Positions 1-11,073 of a stretch of 64,000 bases of DNA are shown one piece after another. The position numbers and the translations under genes were made by a program. Below the pieces are notes generated by a model, which saw only the letters and a program-made list of their open reading frames with translations, did no database searches and had not been told where the DNA came from. Source of the DNA: an uncultured Porphyromonadaceae bacterium (lineage in GTDB: Bacteria; Bacteroidota; Bacteroidia; Bacteroidales; UBA11471); NCBI GenBank assembly GCA_900547555.1, contig URHG01000006.1, positions 7,640 to 71,639 of the forward strand, read 5' to 3'. Each line of letters begins with the position of its first letter. Position 1 is the stretch's first letter.

Positions 1-708
1 TACGAGTAGTCCGCATCTGTCGTTCATGCCATATCGGGCTACTTCTTGCAGGCTTCCGCCTTGCGCTCCCACACCGGGAACGAGCAGGAAATGATCGGGG
101 ACTATACGGCGCACATCGGTAAATAATTTCCCTTGCGTTGCACCCACGACAAACATCAGTTGATCATCGGTTGCCCAGTTTTGGGTTACCCGCAGCACTT
201 TTTCAAAAAGACGTTCGCCGTTATTGTCTGTCGTGAATTGAAAATCTTGCGAACCTTTGTTCGAGGTCAGTCCCAGTACGATGACCCAATGTCCCGGATA
301 GTTGAGAAACGGCTTTACGCTGTCTTCACCCATGTAGGGGGCTACCGTTACAGAATCGATGTCGAGATGTTCAAAAAAACTACGAGCATACATTTCCGAT
401 GTGTTGCCTATGTCGCCGCGTTTGGCATCGGCAATGATAAATTGGTCGGGGTAGTTTTCTTTGATATAACGGACGGTTTTCTCAAAGGCTTTCCAGCCTT
501 CGATACCGAGACTTTCGTAAAATGCCAGATTCGGTTTGTATGCTACGCATAAGTCGGCCGTAGCATCGATTATCGCCTTGTTGAATGCGAAGATAGGATC
601 ATCGTTCTGTAAAAGGTGTTGCGGTATTTTTTTGATGTCGGTATCGAGGCCGACACAAAGAAATGATTTTTTTCGGCAGATATGTTCGACAAGTTGTTGT
701 TTGTTCAT
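1..708 (-). CDS. pyrF: orotidine 5-prime-phosphate decarboxylase (type 2), C-terminus cut by window edge
   Basis: Absent from ORF track because it runs off the left edge. Reverse-strand translation from ATG (cat 706-708) gives [24 protein letters not shown]...KPNLAFYE...[13 protein letters not shown]...VPGVGAQGG, 236 codons with no stop. The D-x-K...[10 protein letters not shown] pattern is typical of OMP decarboxylase. Confidence 0.9.
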   Translation of the reverse strand, partial: MNKQQLVEHICRKKSFLCVGLDTDIKKIPQHLLQNDDPIFAFNKAIIDATADLCVAYKPNLAFYESLGIEGWKAFEKTVRYIKENYPDQFIIADAKRGDIGNTSEMYARSFFEHLDIDSVTVAPYMGEDSVKPFLNYPGHWVIVLGLTSNKGSQDFQFTTDNNGERLFEKVLRVTQNWATDDQLMFVVGATQGKLFTDVRRIVPDHFLLVPGVGAQGGSLQEVARYGMNDRCGLLV

Positions 709-737
709 TTTAGAGTAAAATTGGAATAAAATATTTT

Positions 738-1847
738 TTACAATTCGCTTTCTTTCAGACGTTCGGCATTTTCGGCGACGATAAGATGGTCGATGCAATC
801 TTGAATATCGCCATCCATAAATGCCGACAAGTTGTAAATGGTGTAGTTGATGCGATGGTCGGTAATGCGCCCCTGCGGATAATTGTAGGTGCGGATCTTG
901 GCCGAACGGTCGCCGGTCGACACCATCGTTTTACGTTTGCTGGCAATGTCGTCGATATATTTCTGGTGCTCTTTGTCATAGATGAAAGTACGGAGACGAG
1001 AGAGCGCACGCTCTTTATTTTTGGGTTGGTCGCGTGTTTCGGTACATTCGATCAGAATCTCCTCGACTTCGCCTGTGTTGGGATTTTTCCAGTTATACCG
1101 TAAACGTACGCCCGATTCCACTTTATTGACATTCTGCCCGCCTGCGCCGCCGCTTCGGAATGTATCCCATTTGATTTCACCTTCGTTTATCTCTACGTCG
1201 AATGGTTCGGCTTCGGGCAGTACGGCGACCGATGCAGCCGATGTATGTACCCGGCCTTGCGTTTCTGTTGCAGGGACACGTTGCACGCGGTGAACTCCCG
1301 ATTCGTATTTCAGCGTACCGTAGACTTTTTGTCCCGATACCGAGCAGATGATTTCCTTGAACCCTCCGGCAGCCCCCTCGCTTGCACTCGATATTTCGAG
1401 TTTCCAGCCTTTCATTTCACAGTATTTTGCATACATGCGGAATAAGTCTCCGGCAAACAAGGCCGCTTCATCGCCGCCTGTTCCTCCACGTATTTCGAGT
1501 ATGGCGTTGCGGTCGTCTTGCGGGTCGGCCGGGACGAGCAGGAGTTTTATCTCCTCTTCGATGGAGGGAATTTGCGATTGACTGTTGTCCAATTCTTCCC
1601 GGGCCATTTCACGCATCTCGGGATCATTCTCGCTATCTAGTATTTCCCGAGCCTCATCTATATTTCTCAGTAGACCGGCGTAGCGTTTGCGGGCATTGTC
1701 TATTTTTTCGAGGTCGCTGTATTCTTTGGTGAGTTTGGCAAAGCGTTTCCGGTCGTTGATGACTTCGGGGTCGGTGATAAGCGTACTTACTTCTTGAAAA
1801 CGCAATGACAAACCTTCTAATTTTTCTAATAACTTATTGTCGCTCAT
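738..1847 (-). CDS. prfA: peptide chain release factor 1
   Basis: ORF 738..1868. Likely start is the internal ATG at 1847 ([13 protein letters not shown]). GGQ motif ([11 protein letters not shown]) and the RF1-type PAT tripeptide ([10 protein letters not shown]) are present. Confidence 0.95.
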   Translation of the reverse strand: MSDNKLLEKLEGLSLRFQEVSTLITDPEVINDRKRFAKLTKEYSDLEKIDNARKRYAGLLRNIDEAREILDSENDPEMREMAREELDNSQSQIPSIEEEIKLLLVPADPQDDRNAILEIRGGTGGDEAALFAGDLFRMYAKYCEMKGWKLEISSASEGAAGGFKEIICSVSGQKVYGTLKYESGVHRVQRVPATETQGRVHTSAASVAVLPEAEPFDVEINEGEIKWDTFRSGGAGGQNVNKVESGVRLRYNWKNPNTGEVEEILIECTETRDQPKNKERALSRLRTFIYDKEHQKYIDDIASKRKTMVSTGDRSAKIRTYNYPQGRITDHRINYTIYNLSAFMDGDIQDCIDHLIVAENAERLKESEL

Positions 1848-1865
1848 AAATTGGCAATTTGAGCG

Positions 1866-1873
1866 CAAATATA
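1866..1873 (-). promoter_or_regulatory. candidate Bacteroides-type -7 promoter element (TATATTTG on minus strand)
   Basis: Plus-strand caaatata is the reverse complement of TAnnTTTG. It lies 19 nt upstream of the prfA ATG. Confidence 0.35.
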
Positions 1874-1976
1874 CAAAATCACCACGGAACTTTTACATCG
1901 AGGCGGAACTAAATTCGTCTCTATCGACAGTCGGTTTTTCTTATTGTTTTTGACGGGAGGGATAAGACCGGTTTAT

Positions 1977-4268
1977 TTATTCCATATCTTCGTTGTGGAA
2001 TTTATGTTTTTTATTACCGAAAGTAAAGCGGTAATTTATAATGAAATGGAATATGTTTCCGGTTTCGACACGAGATTTGCTTATATGCGATTTATAGGTA
2101 TAGGTCAACTGTTCGTATTCGGTATCGTATGCACCTTTGAAAAACGGATTATAGGTATAAAAACTGAAATTCCAGTTGTCGATATTGTACGTAACTTGTA
2201 TGTTCACGCCTATCTGTCGAGATGATAGTACGGTTGTGGACGGGTTGAAATTTTTATTGATGTAACTGCAACTGGCGTTGACCGAAAAACCTTTGTACAT
2301 AAAATATGTATATCCGCCGATTCCGAAAAAAGCATTGTAATGAAAATTTTTCCATAACGAAGAGCTCATATGGGCGTATGCTCCTTCTGCACCTACGACC
2401 AGTCGCTGAGGAATGATTTCATATTGTACGTTTAGACCGTATTGTTGCGAGAAGGCGAGTCCTCCGTTTTCTTTTCGGGAGATGAACATGCCCTGTTTTT
2501 CTGTGTAATCGATCTTTTCATACATGGTTCGGGTCTTGCCATTGTTTTGGATATAAGGCATCAGTGTGAGATTGTTTCGGGTCCATGTATAGCTGATCCG
2601 GCCGTTGAATTTCCATTCGTTTTTCAGCGCGGGATTGCCTGTGTGGAGCATATATTCGTTGTCTTTGTATTCTGTGGCGGTCATGTCCGAGGCAGAGGGT
2701 TGCGTACTTTTAAAAGAGGCCTTTATTCGCAAGTTATGCGCTTTTTTCGTAAAAGTGAGTTGTAGGGAGGGTATGAACTGGTGGTCGAATGACGACCGGT
2801 TTCTCGTCCGGCTGAACGATAATTGTTCGGCCAAACGGAATTGTAAATTCAACCTGTTTTTTATCCGATAATCATAAGTGGCGTATAAACGAGTGTTGCC
2901 TCGGTTCAGATAGACGTCCGATACGTTTCCTTCCCGAGTGTTACGGTCGTTGGTACGAGTAAAGTCCTGATAACCTTCCACACTGAGAGAAGAACGGTTC
3001 TTGAATGTTTTGCTGTAACTGGTTTTGAAACTCGTATGCCAACTTTTCTCATCGGTGGCGTTGCTGTAAGACGAGGTTATCACGTCGTCGGTGTGGTAGG
3101 CATACCAGCGTTTGTAATCGTTGTTACCGCGATTTCCATACCATTCTACCCGTAGGCGTTGTTCGTTTTTCAGTACACGGTTATACCGCATTCTCAGGGC
3201 AGGTTGTAAATCGAGGGAATGCTTGTTCTCCCGGCGGGTATAGATTCCCGGCATATTGCTGAATGTTTCACGAGTCCATGTATCGCTTCTTTCCATATTC
3301 CTGTTCATGCGGAGAGAAGAATAGAACGTTTGCTTTTTATCTTTATAGATGTAGTTGAAATAGCTGCTTAGATAATTGTTGGTTTCTTTCGAAGGAAGTT
3401 CGTTCGAGGTGTTGATGATCGTTTGTTCCGGGAGTCCATAAGTCGTTTCGGTGTAACTCTTGTTACGGTCTTTGGCATGGGTATATTTATCCGATACAGA
3501 GAGGGCGAACTCCGATTTCCCTTGAAAATATTGAATCGTTCCGCGACCGCCTCCGTAAGGTCTGTTCAGTTGTTCTTTTCCGTTGAGGGCGACCGATCCG
3601 GCATAGTCGCGTTCTTTCAATATATAGTCGAGAACGACATCGGCTTCCGGGTAATCCGAACGGCCGTTGGGATAGAAGTCTACCCGTTTGATGTCTCGTG
3701 GATTCAGATTGTTTACTTCTTCTTGTGTCGCTTCCATTCCGTTGATGCAGAAGAATATCTCCTGATCGAGATAGGTGGGTGTGGAATTCTGCATATTCGC
3801 TTTTACTCCGGGTATCATCAAAGATGTCAAGGCGCTGTATCCGTCGTATGCATGGCGTAATTGTTCCCGGGTAGGATACACCATTGTTTTGTCTTCGGTA
3901 CGCACGGTTTGTTTCCCTATTACGGTAACCTCTTGTACTTGTATGGTATTTTCACTCAGGGTAATGTCTCCGAGACGGATAAGTTTTTCTTCTGTGGGAT
4001 TCAGTATGAGGGTCAGTTCTTTGTACCCGAGGTAATTGATGCGGAGACGAAGCGCCCTTTTCCCTTCGGGTACATGCAAGGTAAAGTTGCCTTTGCTATC
4101 GGTTACGGTACTTTTTGTAAGCAAAGAATCATTATTGAAGCAACGTACGGCGGCTCCTATCAGGTCGTTTCGTTGGCTATCGAGTACATGACCTTCTATT
4201 TTTATTTCTTGGGCAGATAAAGTGGTAACAAGTAAAAGGCAAAGAAAAAAAAGTATGGATTTTGACAT
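1977..4268 (-). CDS. outer-membrane beta-barrel protein with N-terminal carboxypeptidase-regulatory-like domain (TonB-dependent-receptor-like)
   Basis: ORF 1977..4304. Start is probably ATG 4268 (MSKSILFFLCLLLVTTLSAQ signal peptide). The N-terminus IKIEGHVLDS...GAAVRCF...TDSKGNFTL is CarboxypepD_reg-like. The long Y/N/S/T-rich alternating region ends in an aromatic residue (NYRFTFG...), typical of OM barrels. Confidence 0.8.
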   Translation of the reverse strand: MSKSILFFLCLLLVTTLSAQEIKIEGHVLDSQRNDLIGAAVRCFNNDSLLTKSTVTDSKGNFTLHVPEGKRALRLRINYLGYKELTLILNPTEEKLIRLGDITLSENTIQVQEVTVIGKQTVRTEDKTMVYPTREQLRHAYDGYSALTSLMIPGVKANMQNSTPTYLDQEIFFCINGMEATQEEVNNLNPRDIKRVDFYPNGRSDYPEADVVLDYILKERDYAGSVALNGKEQLNRPYGGGRGTIQYFQGKSEFALSVSDKYTHAKDRNKSYTETTYGLPEQTIINTSNELPSKETNNYLSSYFNYIYKDKKQTFYSSLRMNRNMERSDTWTRETFSNMPGIYTRRENKHSLDLQPALRMRYNRVLKNEQRLRVEWYGNRGNNDYKRWYAYHTDDVITSSYSNATDEKSWHTSFKTSYSKTFKNRSSLSVEGYQDFTRTNDRNTREGNVSDVYLNRGNTRLYATYDYRIKNRLNLQFRLAEQLSFSRTRNRSSFDHQFIPSLQLTFTKKAHNLRIKASFKSTQPSASDMTATEYKDNEYMLHTGNPALKNEWKFNGRISYTWTRNNLTLMPYIQNNGKTRTMYEKIDYTEKQGMFISRKENGGLAFSQQYGLNVQYEIIPQRLVVGAEGAYAHMSSSLWKNFHYNAFFGIGGYTYFMYKGFSVNASCSYINKNFNPSTTVLSSRQIGVNIQVTYNIDNWNFSFYTYNPFFKGAYDTEYEQLTYTYKSHISKSRVETGNIFHFIINYRFTFGNKKHKFHNEDME

Positions 4269-4301
4269 GGTATTTGAGAATGAAATATATTCTTTTTTAA
4301 A

Positions 4302-4309
4302 CAAAAGTA
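4302..4309 (-). promoter_or_regulatory. candidate -7 promoter element (TACTTTTG on minus strand)
   Basis: Plus caaaagta, 34 nt upstream of the OMP start at 4268. Confidence 0.3.
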
Positions 4310-4516
4310 ATGAACGAACAAAAAATGTTTAGGATAATTATCTATGATTTTATCATGATATACCGAAAACTATATTTTTATTTTGGTGGGTTATGTAGGC
4401 TGTCATAAATAATATTTTGAAGAATTGTTTAATGTGCATATCCATGATTATATTTTTGTCGTTAGACGTATGTCGATTATAAAAAAGTTTCTCCGACGGG
4501 TTTTATTTTTCTGCGA

Positions 4517-4554
4517 AATAAAAAGGGGCTGCCGAAACATTGGCAACCCCTTTT
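4517..4554 (-). terminator. intrinsic terminator downstream of lon
   Basis: Minus strand reads GGGGTTGCC-loop-GGCAGCCCC (one G-U pair) followed by TTTTTATTT. It starts about 23 nt after the lon stop. Confidence 0.7.
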
Positions 4555-4576
4555 ATAAAGGAAATTGGTTTTATGA

Positions 4577-7054
4577 TTATGCTTTATCGTTACATTCTTT
4601 GGGTATGGAAAGGTCTATCGGGTGGGAGACTTTTTCTTGAAGCAGGGCGATGTCGAGAACCTCTTTTATATCGTGTACATAGTAGAACTTCAATCCTTTA
4701 AGATAGTTTTCTTTGATATCTTCGATATCTTTTCGGTTTTCTTCGCAGAGAATAATCTCTTTGATACCGGCACGCTTTGCCGCAAGAATTTTTTCTTTGA
4801 TACCCCCGACTGGCAATACGCGGCCTCGGAGTGTGATTTCTCCCGTCATGGCAAGATGAGCCCGTACTTTACGCTGGGTGAATGTCGAGGCGATAGATGT
4901 TACCATCGTAATTCCGGCCGATGGTCCGTCTTTGGGTATGGCCCCTTCGGGTACGTGGATATGCAGATTCCAGTGGTTGAATACGTCGTAGTCGATTCCC
5001 AGTTGGTCGGCGTGGGCTTTGACATATTGCAAAGCGATAACGGCGGATTCTTTCATTACATCTCCCAAATTTCCCGTGAGCGTAAGTTTCTCGCCCTTGT
5101 TGCGGCTCAAACTCGATTCGATATAAAGAATTTCTCCTCCGACGGCCGTCCATGCGAGACCGGTTACTACACCGGCGTAGTCATTCCCCTCATAGCGGTC
5201 GCGCATGTATTCCTTCATGCCGAGGTATTCCGTCAGTTCGTCTATGGGTAATTCATGGCTCCATTGTTCGCCCGACGCTTTTTTTCGAGCAACCTTTCGC
5301 ATGATTTTCGCGATTTTTTTATCGAGTTCCCGTACACCCGATTCCCGTGTGTACGATTCGATAATGGCAGCCATCGTTTTCTTGGGAATATCGAGATCGT
5401 CTTTGCTCAAACCATGTTCTTCGAGCTGTTTGGGGACGAGATGGCGTCGGCCTATCTCGATTTTTTCTTCCTGTATGTAGCCCGAGACTTCGATGAGCTC
5501 CATACGGTCGAGCAGTGGCCGCGAGATGGTGTTCAGGTTGTTGGCTGTGGCAATAAACAATACTTTCGAGAGGTCGTAATCGATATCCAAATAATTATCG
5601 TGAAACGCATTGTTCTGTTCCGGGTCGAGCACTTCGAGAAGTGCCGATGCCGGGTCGCCCTTGAAGTCGTTGCCTATTTTGTCGATTTCGTCGAGAACGA
5701 ATACCGGATTGGAGGCTCCTGCTTTCTGTATACCCTGAATGATTCGTCCCGGCATAGCTCCGATATAAGTACGGCGATGCCCTCGTATTTCGGCCTCGTC
5801 GTGCAGACCGCCTAATGAGACACGTATATATTTGCGGTTCAGGGCGGCGGCGATCGATTTGCCCAAAGAGGTTTTTCCCACACCCGGAGGACCGTACAGG
5901 CAGATGATGGGAGCTTTCATGTCTCCCCGTAATTTGAGTACGGCAAGGTGTTCGATAATGCGCTCCTTGACTTTTTCGAGGCCGTAATGGTCTTTGTCGA
6001 GTTGCCGTTGGGCATTTTTCAAATTGAAGTTATCTGTCGTGTATTCACCCCACGGCAAGTCGGTCAACGTTTCGAGGTAGTTGTACTGTACCGAAAAATC
6101 GGGAGATTGGGGATAAAGTCGTTCCAGTCGACGTAGCTCTTTATCGAATACTTCTTGGACTTCTTTACTCCATTTCTTTTGCGCCGCTTTTTGCGAAAGC
6201 TCCTCGATATCTTGCTCTTGGCTATTGCCTCCCAACTCGTCCTGTATGGTTTTTATCTGTTGTTGCAGGAAATGTTCGCGTTGTTGCTGGTTGATATCGG
6301 CACGGGTTTTCGATTGGATATCGGCTTTTATTTCGAGTAGCTGAGCTTCTTTGCGTAGGGCGGCATAGAGGGCGAAAGCACGCTCTTTTACCGTCGGAAT
6401 ATCGAGAAAATCTTGTTTCTGTTGCGGCGTAAAAGGAATATTCGTGCACAAGAAATTGACGAGATAGAGCATATTACCCATATTGCGCAAGGCAAAAATG
6501 AGTTCTCTCGGCGGTTCGGGCATCGCCTTCAACACATCGAGCGTAATGTCTTTCAATGCATCGAGCAGCGCTTCGAATTCCTTGTCGTTTTCTTGGGGCA
6601 TAATTTCGGGTCGGAACGTGATATTTCCGGTAATGTACGGAAAATACGACGTAACCTCATCGAGGTGAAAACGTTGTTTCCCTTGTAAAATGACTGTCGT
6701 ATTGCCGTCGGGCATTTCCAGTATCTTGACGATTTCTCCCATAGAACCGATAGGATAGAGGTCGTCGGTTTCATCGGGATCGTCTTTGTACATGTCCTTC
6801 TGGCAGACAACGCCGATGAGTTGTTTCTTTTTGGCGGCTTCGCGTACCAGTTGCAGCGACTTGGCCCTGCCTACGGTAATAGGAAGGGTTACGCCGGGAA
6901 ATAACACCATGTTGCGTAAGGGGAGAATCGGTAATTTTTTTTCGTCGAGACCCGGACATTCGATATCGGGCGATCCGTCGATTTCGGCAAAAATCGTGCC
7001 AATATTGGTATTCTCGTCGGTATCGAAAAAGAGGTTTTTATCAGATGAAATCAT
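4577..7054 (-). CDS. lon: ATP-dependent Lon protease (LonA type)
   Basis: 825 aa. Walker [10 protein letters not shown], catalytic-serine motif [11 protein letters not shown], and an N-terminal LON substrate-binding domain ([11 protein letters not shown]). Confidence 0.97.
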   Translation of the reverse strand: MISSDKNLFFDTDENTNIGTIFAEIDGSPDIECPGLDEKKLPILPLRNMVLFPGVTLPITVGRAKSLQLVREAAKKKQLIGVVCQKDMYKDDPDETDDLYPIGSMGEIVKILEMPDGNTTVILQGKQRFHLDEVTSYFPYITGNITFRPEIMPQENDKEFEALLDALKDITLDVLKAMPEPPRELIFALRNMGNMLYLVNFLCTNIPFTPQQKQDFLDIPTVKERAFALYAALRKEAQLLEIKADIQSKTRADINQQQREHFLQQQIKTIQDELGGNSQEQDIEELSQKAAQKKWSKEVQEVFDKELRRLERLYPQSPDFSVQYNYLETLTDLPWGEYTTDNFNLKNAQRQLDKDHYGLEKVKERIIEHLAVLKLRGDMKAPIICLYGPPGVGKTSLGKSIAAALNRKYIRVSLGGLHDEAEIRGHRRTYIGAMPGRIIQGIQKAGASNPVFVLDEIDKIGNDFKGDPASALLEVLDPEQNNAFHDNYLDIDYDLSKVLFIATANNLNTISRPLLDRMELIEVSGYIQEEKIEIGRRHLVPKQLEEHGLSKDDLDIPKKTMAAIIESYTRESGVRELDKKIAKIMRKVARKKASGEQWSHELPIDELTEYLGMKEYMRDRYEGNDYAGVVTGLAWTAVGGEILYIESSLSRNKGEKLTLTGNLGDVMKESAVIALQYVKAHADQLGIDYDVFNHWNLHIHVPEGAIPKDGPSAGITMVTSIASTFTQRKVRAHLAMTGEITLRGRVLPVGGIKEKILAAKRAGIKEIILCEENRKDIEDIKENYLKGLKFYYVHDIKEVLDIALLQEKVSHPIDLSIPKECNDKA

Positions 7055-7225
7055 AGTTAATCGTATTTGTCATTTTGTCAGGTTTCGGTTTATTCAGCAC
7101 TTTGCTGCACAAATTAGCTTATCTTTCTAAATAGCAATTGACGTGCCAAAGTTAATGATTCTTTATCGACTATGGGTATTATTATATATTTTTGTTTATT
7201 TGCCGACGAAAAAGTCCCGAATAAT

Positions 7226-7945
7226 ATGAGCAATCCCTATTTCCGGTTCAAACAATTTACCGTATGGCATGACCGGTGTGCCATGAAAGTTGGTACCGAC
7301 GGTGTTTTGATAGGTGCGTGGTGCGATGTCGTTGCATGTAGCCGCATTCTTGATATCGGGTGTGGAACTGGCCTTATATCTTTGATGGTTGCCCAAAGGA
7401 CTCCTGATAAGACAATGATAGAGGGTGTGGAAATCGATGTTGTCGCGTCAGGACAAGCTGTCGAGAATGTCGGTCGTTCGCCGTGGAAAGATAAGATCAG
7501 GATTCATGCTTCCGATTTTCTCGATTTCGCAACTTCTGCAACCGCCCGCTACGACCATATTGTATCGAATCCGCCTTATTTTGAAAAATCGCTTTTGCCC
7601 GAAGATGCAGCCCGTCTCACAGCCCGACATACCGAATGTCTTACTTATGAGTCGCTTTTGCGTGGGGCTGTGTCGCTCTTGCTTCCCGGGGGACGTATAT
7701 CGCTTATATTTCCGGCCGGATTATATGATTCGGTTTCTGCCATAGCCCGGGAGTGCGGACTTTTTATCCGGCGTATCATGTGGGTGAGCGGTCGGGAAGG
7801 TATGTCCCCCAAGCGGGTGATGGTAGAGTGGGGAAACATGCCGTCCGAGATTAGAGAGGAACACACTTTGGCGATCGAGACGGCACCGTTGCAATGGACG
7901 CCCGAATATATCGATTTGACGCGCGATTTTTATTTACAGTTGTGA
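7226..7945 (+). CDS. trmN6: tRNA1(Val) (adenine37-N6)-methyltransferase-like SAM-dependent methyltransferase
   Basis: ORF 7172..7945. ATG at 7226 gives MSNPYFRFKQFTVWHDRCAMKVGTDGVLIGAW. SAM motif ILDIGCGTG and N6-MTase motif NPPY are present. Confidence 0.8.
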   Translation: MSNPYFRFKQFTVWHDRCAMKVGTDGVLIGAWCDVVACSRILDIGCGTGLISLMVAQRTPDKTMIEGVEIDVVASGQAVENVGRSPWKDKIRIHASDFLDFATSATARYDHIVSNPPYFEKSLLPEDAARLTARHTECLTYESLLRGAVSLLLPGGRISLIFPAGLYDSVSAIARECGLFIRRIMWVSGREGMSPKRVMVEWGNMPSEIREEHTLAIETAPLQWTPEYIDLTRDFYLQL

Positions 7946-7949
7946 TAAG

Positions 7950-7988
7950 AGAAAAGGGAATATGTGTTTTTGACATATCCCCTTTTCT
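7950..7988. terminator. bidirectional hairpin between convergent trmN6 and tyrA
   Basis: agaaaagggaatatgt / acatatccccttttct is a 16-position stem with one mismatch and a 7-nt loop. It is flanked by A/T runs. Confidence 0.6.
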
Positions 7989-8004
7989 GTCGAAGGTTTG
8001 GGTG

Positions 8005-8778
8005 TTACTTGATATTTTCCCGTAATTGCGTGAGGTATTTTTTCATTCCTGCACTATCTTTTTGCTTGATGATATTTTGGAGTGTCGACAACTGTTCTTG
8101 TATTTTTTCCAGTTGCTCTCCGGTGTGGGGATTGAAGAGAATTTCGGTAAGCAGATAGTCGTCTTCCGATAACAGGCCTCGGGCGATATTCATGTGTTTT
8201 TTGAATGTCGTGCCCGGAGCGTCTTGATGTTTCATCGTGGCGGCGAATACCATCGTCGAAACAAACGGGATAGAAAGCGAATAAGCTATCGTCTCGTCGT
8301 GTTGCTTGAATGTGTATTCGAAGATGTTGAGGTGCAAACGGCTGTATAGGTCTTTGAAAAAGACTTTTCCCAAATGATCCGACTCGGTGATGATGATGGC
8401 GTTTTCTTCGGACAGACTGCCGAGGTTGGCAAACGTGGGGCCGAACATCGGGTGTGTCGAAACGAAAGGCCGTTTGGCTTTCTTGTAAAATTCGGGAAGC
8501 CCGGTCTTTACCGAGGCTATGTCGGATATGATACAAGATTCGGGAATGTGCGGCAGAACCGATTCGAACGCGGAAATTGTGTATTTGACCGTTGCGGCGT
8601 TGATGAGCAGTTCGGGTCTGAAAGCCTCGATTTCTTCCATCGTCGTCATGCGTTGCGTGTTGAATGTGAAACGCAGCCGTTGAGGGTCGGTGTCATATAT
8701 GGCGACTTCGTGTTCGAAACTCAATACGTCGGAGAAAAACGAACCCATTTTCCCGGCACCTAAAATCAGAATCTTCAT
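8005..8778 (-). CDS. tyrA: prephenate dehydrogenase
   Basis: 257 aa with an N-terminal Rossmann motif MKILILGAGKMGSFF. It is the last gene of the aromatic amino acid operon, 7 nt after the upstream gene. Confidence 0.85.
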   Translation of the reverse strand: MKILILGAGKMGSFFSDVLSFEHEVAIYDTDPQRLRFTFNTQRMTTMEEIEAFRPELLINAATVKYTISAFESVLPHIPESCIISDIASVKTGLPEFYKKAKRPFVSTHPMFGPTFANLGSLSEENAIIITESDHLGKVFFKDLYSRLHLNIFEYTFKQHDETIAYSLSIPFVSTMVFAATMKHQDAPGTTFKKHMNIARGLLSEDDYLLTEILFNPHTGEQLEKIQEQLSTLQNIIKQKDSAGMKKYLTQLRENIK

Positions 8779-8785
8779 TTCGATA

Positions 8786-9862
8786 TTATTTGTTGATGAT
8801 GACCATTTGTTGACGTATCGACTCTTCGTGGATCGCAGCCAAAATAGTTTTCATAAACTCTCCGTCCATATCCATGTTACAAGCTTGTTCCACGCGTTTG
8901 TTCAAGATTTCATCATAACGGGTAGCCTGTAAAATAGGCATATCATGCTCTTTTTTATACAGCCCGATTTCGCGTGAGATGCGCATACGTTTTGCCAACA
9001 GGTCGAGCAGCTGGTTATCGAGTTCATCGATTTGCCGACGCAGTTCGTTGAGGTTTTCGGTACTTTGTGATGTTTCCCTTATGATAAGCATATCGAGAAT
9101 ATAAGCTAAGACGTCGGGGGTAACTTGTTGCGATGCGTCGCTCCATGCACAATCGGGGTTACAGTGCGATTCGATGATGAGCCCGTCAAATCCGAGATCC
9201 ATAGCTTGCTGGCTGAGCGGAGCTATAAGATCTCGTTTCCCGCCTATGTGGCTGGGGTCGCATATAATGGGAATATTCGGAAACCGGCGGCGCAGTTCGA
9301 TGGGAATGTGCCATTGGGGGAGATTCCGGTAGATACGTTTATCGTATGCGCTGAATCCCCGGTGAATGACACCTATTTTACGTATTCCGGCATTGTAGAT
9401 GCGTTCTACGGCACCGATCCATAATTCAAGGTCGGGATTGACCGGGTTTTTGATAAGGATAGGTATGTCCACGCCTTTCAATGCATCGGCTATCTCTTGC
9501 ATCGAGAAAGGATTCGCCGCAGTACGGGCACCTATCCAAAGAATATCCACACCGTATTTGAGTGCTTCGAATACATGGTATTGATTGGCCACTTCGGTCG
9601 AAACGTACATGCCTGTTTCTTCCTTCACACGTTTCAGCCAAGGCAGTCCGATACTGCCTACACCTTCGAAACCTCCCGGTTTGGTACGAGGTTTCCATAT
9701 TCCGGCACGGAATATTTTGATACCTTGTGCGGCCAGCTCTTTGGCGGTTTCGAGTACTTGGTCTTCGGTCTCGGCGCTGCATGGGCCGGCGATGACGAGC
9801 GGGCGTTTGTTTTCGATACCCGGTAGGGTAATCGGTTCCAGATTCATAATTGTGTCTGCCAT
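8786..9862 (-). CDS. bifunctional 3-deoxy-7-phosphoheptulonate (DAHP) synthase / chorismate mutase type II
   Basis: 358 aa. The N-terminal about 260 aa resemble type I-beta DAHP/KDO8P synthases (RPLVIAGPCSAE, KPRT, DPSH). The C-terminal helical segment ELRRQIDELDNQLLDLLAKRMRISREIGLYK is a chorismate mutase type II signature. Confidence 0.88.
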   Translation of the reverse strand: MADTIMNLEPITLPGIENKRPLVIAGPCSAETEDQVLETAKELAAQGIKIFRAGIWKPRTKPGGFEGVGSIGLPWLKRVKEETGMYVSTEVANQYHVFEALKYGVDILWIGARTAANPFSMQEIADALKGVDIPILIKNPVNPDLELWIGAVERIYNAGIRKIGVIHRGFSAYDKRIYRNLPQWHIPIELRRRFPNIPIICDPSHIGGKRDLIAPLSQQAMDLGFDGLIIESHCNPDCAWSDASQQVTPDVLAYILDMLIIRETSQSTENLNELRRQIDELDNQLLDLLAKRMRISREIGLYKKEHDMPILQATRYDEILNKRVEQACNMDMDGEFMKTILAAIHEESIRQQMVIINK

Positions 9863-9885
9863 AGAATAGGAGTATTTTGTTGTTA

Positions 9886-11073
9886 TTATATTCTGATGTG
9901 GTTTTTGATACGTTTGAGGGATTCTTCCAATGCTGTTTTATCGGCGCAGAGCGAAATGCGGACATAGCGTTCTCCCTGACTGCCGAATATGATTCCCGGA
10001 GTGATAAAAACATGTGCCTCATACAATACTTTATCAGCCAGTTCTGCTCCGTCTTTCACGTTATCCGGAATCTTTGCCCACAGGAACATGCCTCTTTGGT
10101 TTTTGTCGAAAGTGCAGCCGAGAGCTTCTACGATTTTTTCGGCGATGCCTCGGCGCTCTTGATAAATCATGTTGTTGCCTTCGTACCAAGATGCCGGCAG
10201 AGACAAGGCGTGGGCGGCGGCTTCCTGCATGGGACGGAAAGTCCCCGAGTCGATATTGCTTTTCACGCGCAATATCCAAGATACGAATTGAGCATTCGAG
10301 GCCAGCATGCCTACGCGCCAGCCAGGCATATTGTGCGATTTGCTCATCGAGTTCATTTCGATACAGATTTCTTTTGCTCCCGGGATCGACAACAGGCTCA
10401 GCGGAGTGTCGTTGAGAATGAAGCTATAAGGGTTGTCGTTGACGATGATGATGTTGTGGCGACGTCCGAAATCGACCAGCTTCTCGAATAATTCACGGCT
10501 TGCTTGTGCGCCGGTAGGCATGTGCGGGTAGTTTACCCACATGAGTTTTACACCCGAGAGATCGGCTTTTTCCAAACTTTCGAAGTCGGGTTGCCAATTG
10601 TTTTCTTCCCGCAGTTCGTAAGGAAGAATACGGGCTTCGGCCAGTCGGCTTACCGATGTATAAGTAGGATATCCGGGATTCGGGACCAATACTCCGTCTC
10701 CGGGATTGAGAAATGCCAAAGAAATGTGCAGGATTCCCTCTTTCGACCCGATGAGCGGTTGTATTTCATTGGCCGGATTGAGATCTACTCCGTACCATTT
10801 TTTATACCAGTCGGCAAATGCCTGCCGCAATTCGGGAATACCCACATACGGTTGGTACCCGTGCGTATTGTCTTTGTGGCTTTCACGACAGAGCGTTTCG
10901 ATGGTTTCGCGATGAGGCGGACGGTCGGGACTGCCTATTCCGAGACTGATGACGTTGAGGCCCCGGGCATTCATGTCGGCAACCTCTTTCAGCTTTTTCG
11001 AGAAATAATATTCGCTGATTTGGTTTACTCGGTTGGCGGGTGTTATATTACAAGTCGTTTTTAGATTCGGCAT
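9886..11073 (-). CDS. class I/II PLP-dependent aminotransferase (likely aromatic/prephenate aminotransferase by operon context)
   Basis: ORF 9886..11151. ATG 11073 (MPNLKTT...NRVNQISEYYFSKK) is the only start that keeps the conserved N-terminus. PLP-lysine motif SMSKSHNMPGWRVG. It overlaps the pheA 3-prime end by 26 nt. Confidence 0.85.
   Translation of the reverse strand: MPNLKTTCNITPANRVNQISEYYFSKKLKEVADMNARGLNVISLGIGSPDRPPHRETIETLCRESHKDNTHGYQPYVGIPELRQAFADWYKKWYGVDLNPANEIQPLIGSKEGILHISLAFLNPGDGVLVPNPGYPTYTSVSRLAEARILPYELREENNWQPDFESLEKADLSGVKLMWVNYPHMPTGAQASRELFEKLVDFGRRHNIIIVNDNPYSFILNDTPLSLLSIPGAKEICIEMNSMSKSHNMPGWRVGMLASNAQFVSWILRVKSNIDSGTFRPMQEAAAHALSLPASWYEGNNMIYQERRGIAEKIVEALGCTFDKNQRGMFLWAKIPDNVKDGAELADKVLYEAHVFITPGIIFGSQGERYVRISLCADKTALEESLKRIKNHIRI

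Noticed and set aside
133-552. 139-aa plus-strand ORF at the left edge
   Set aside because: It lies antisense to the partial pyrF gene, whose translation carries the OMP decarboxylase signature.
7054-7226. CIRCE-like heat-shock operator upstream of lon (ttcagcactt...)
   Set aside because: Only a partial left half-site resembles TTAGCACTC, and no matching right half is present at the 9-nt spacing.
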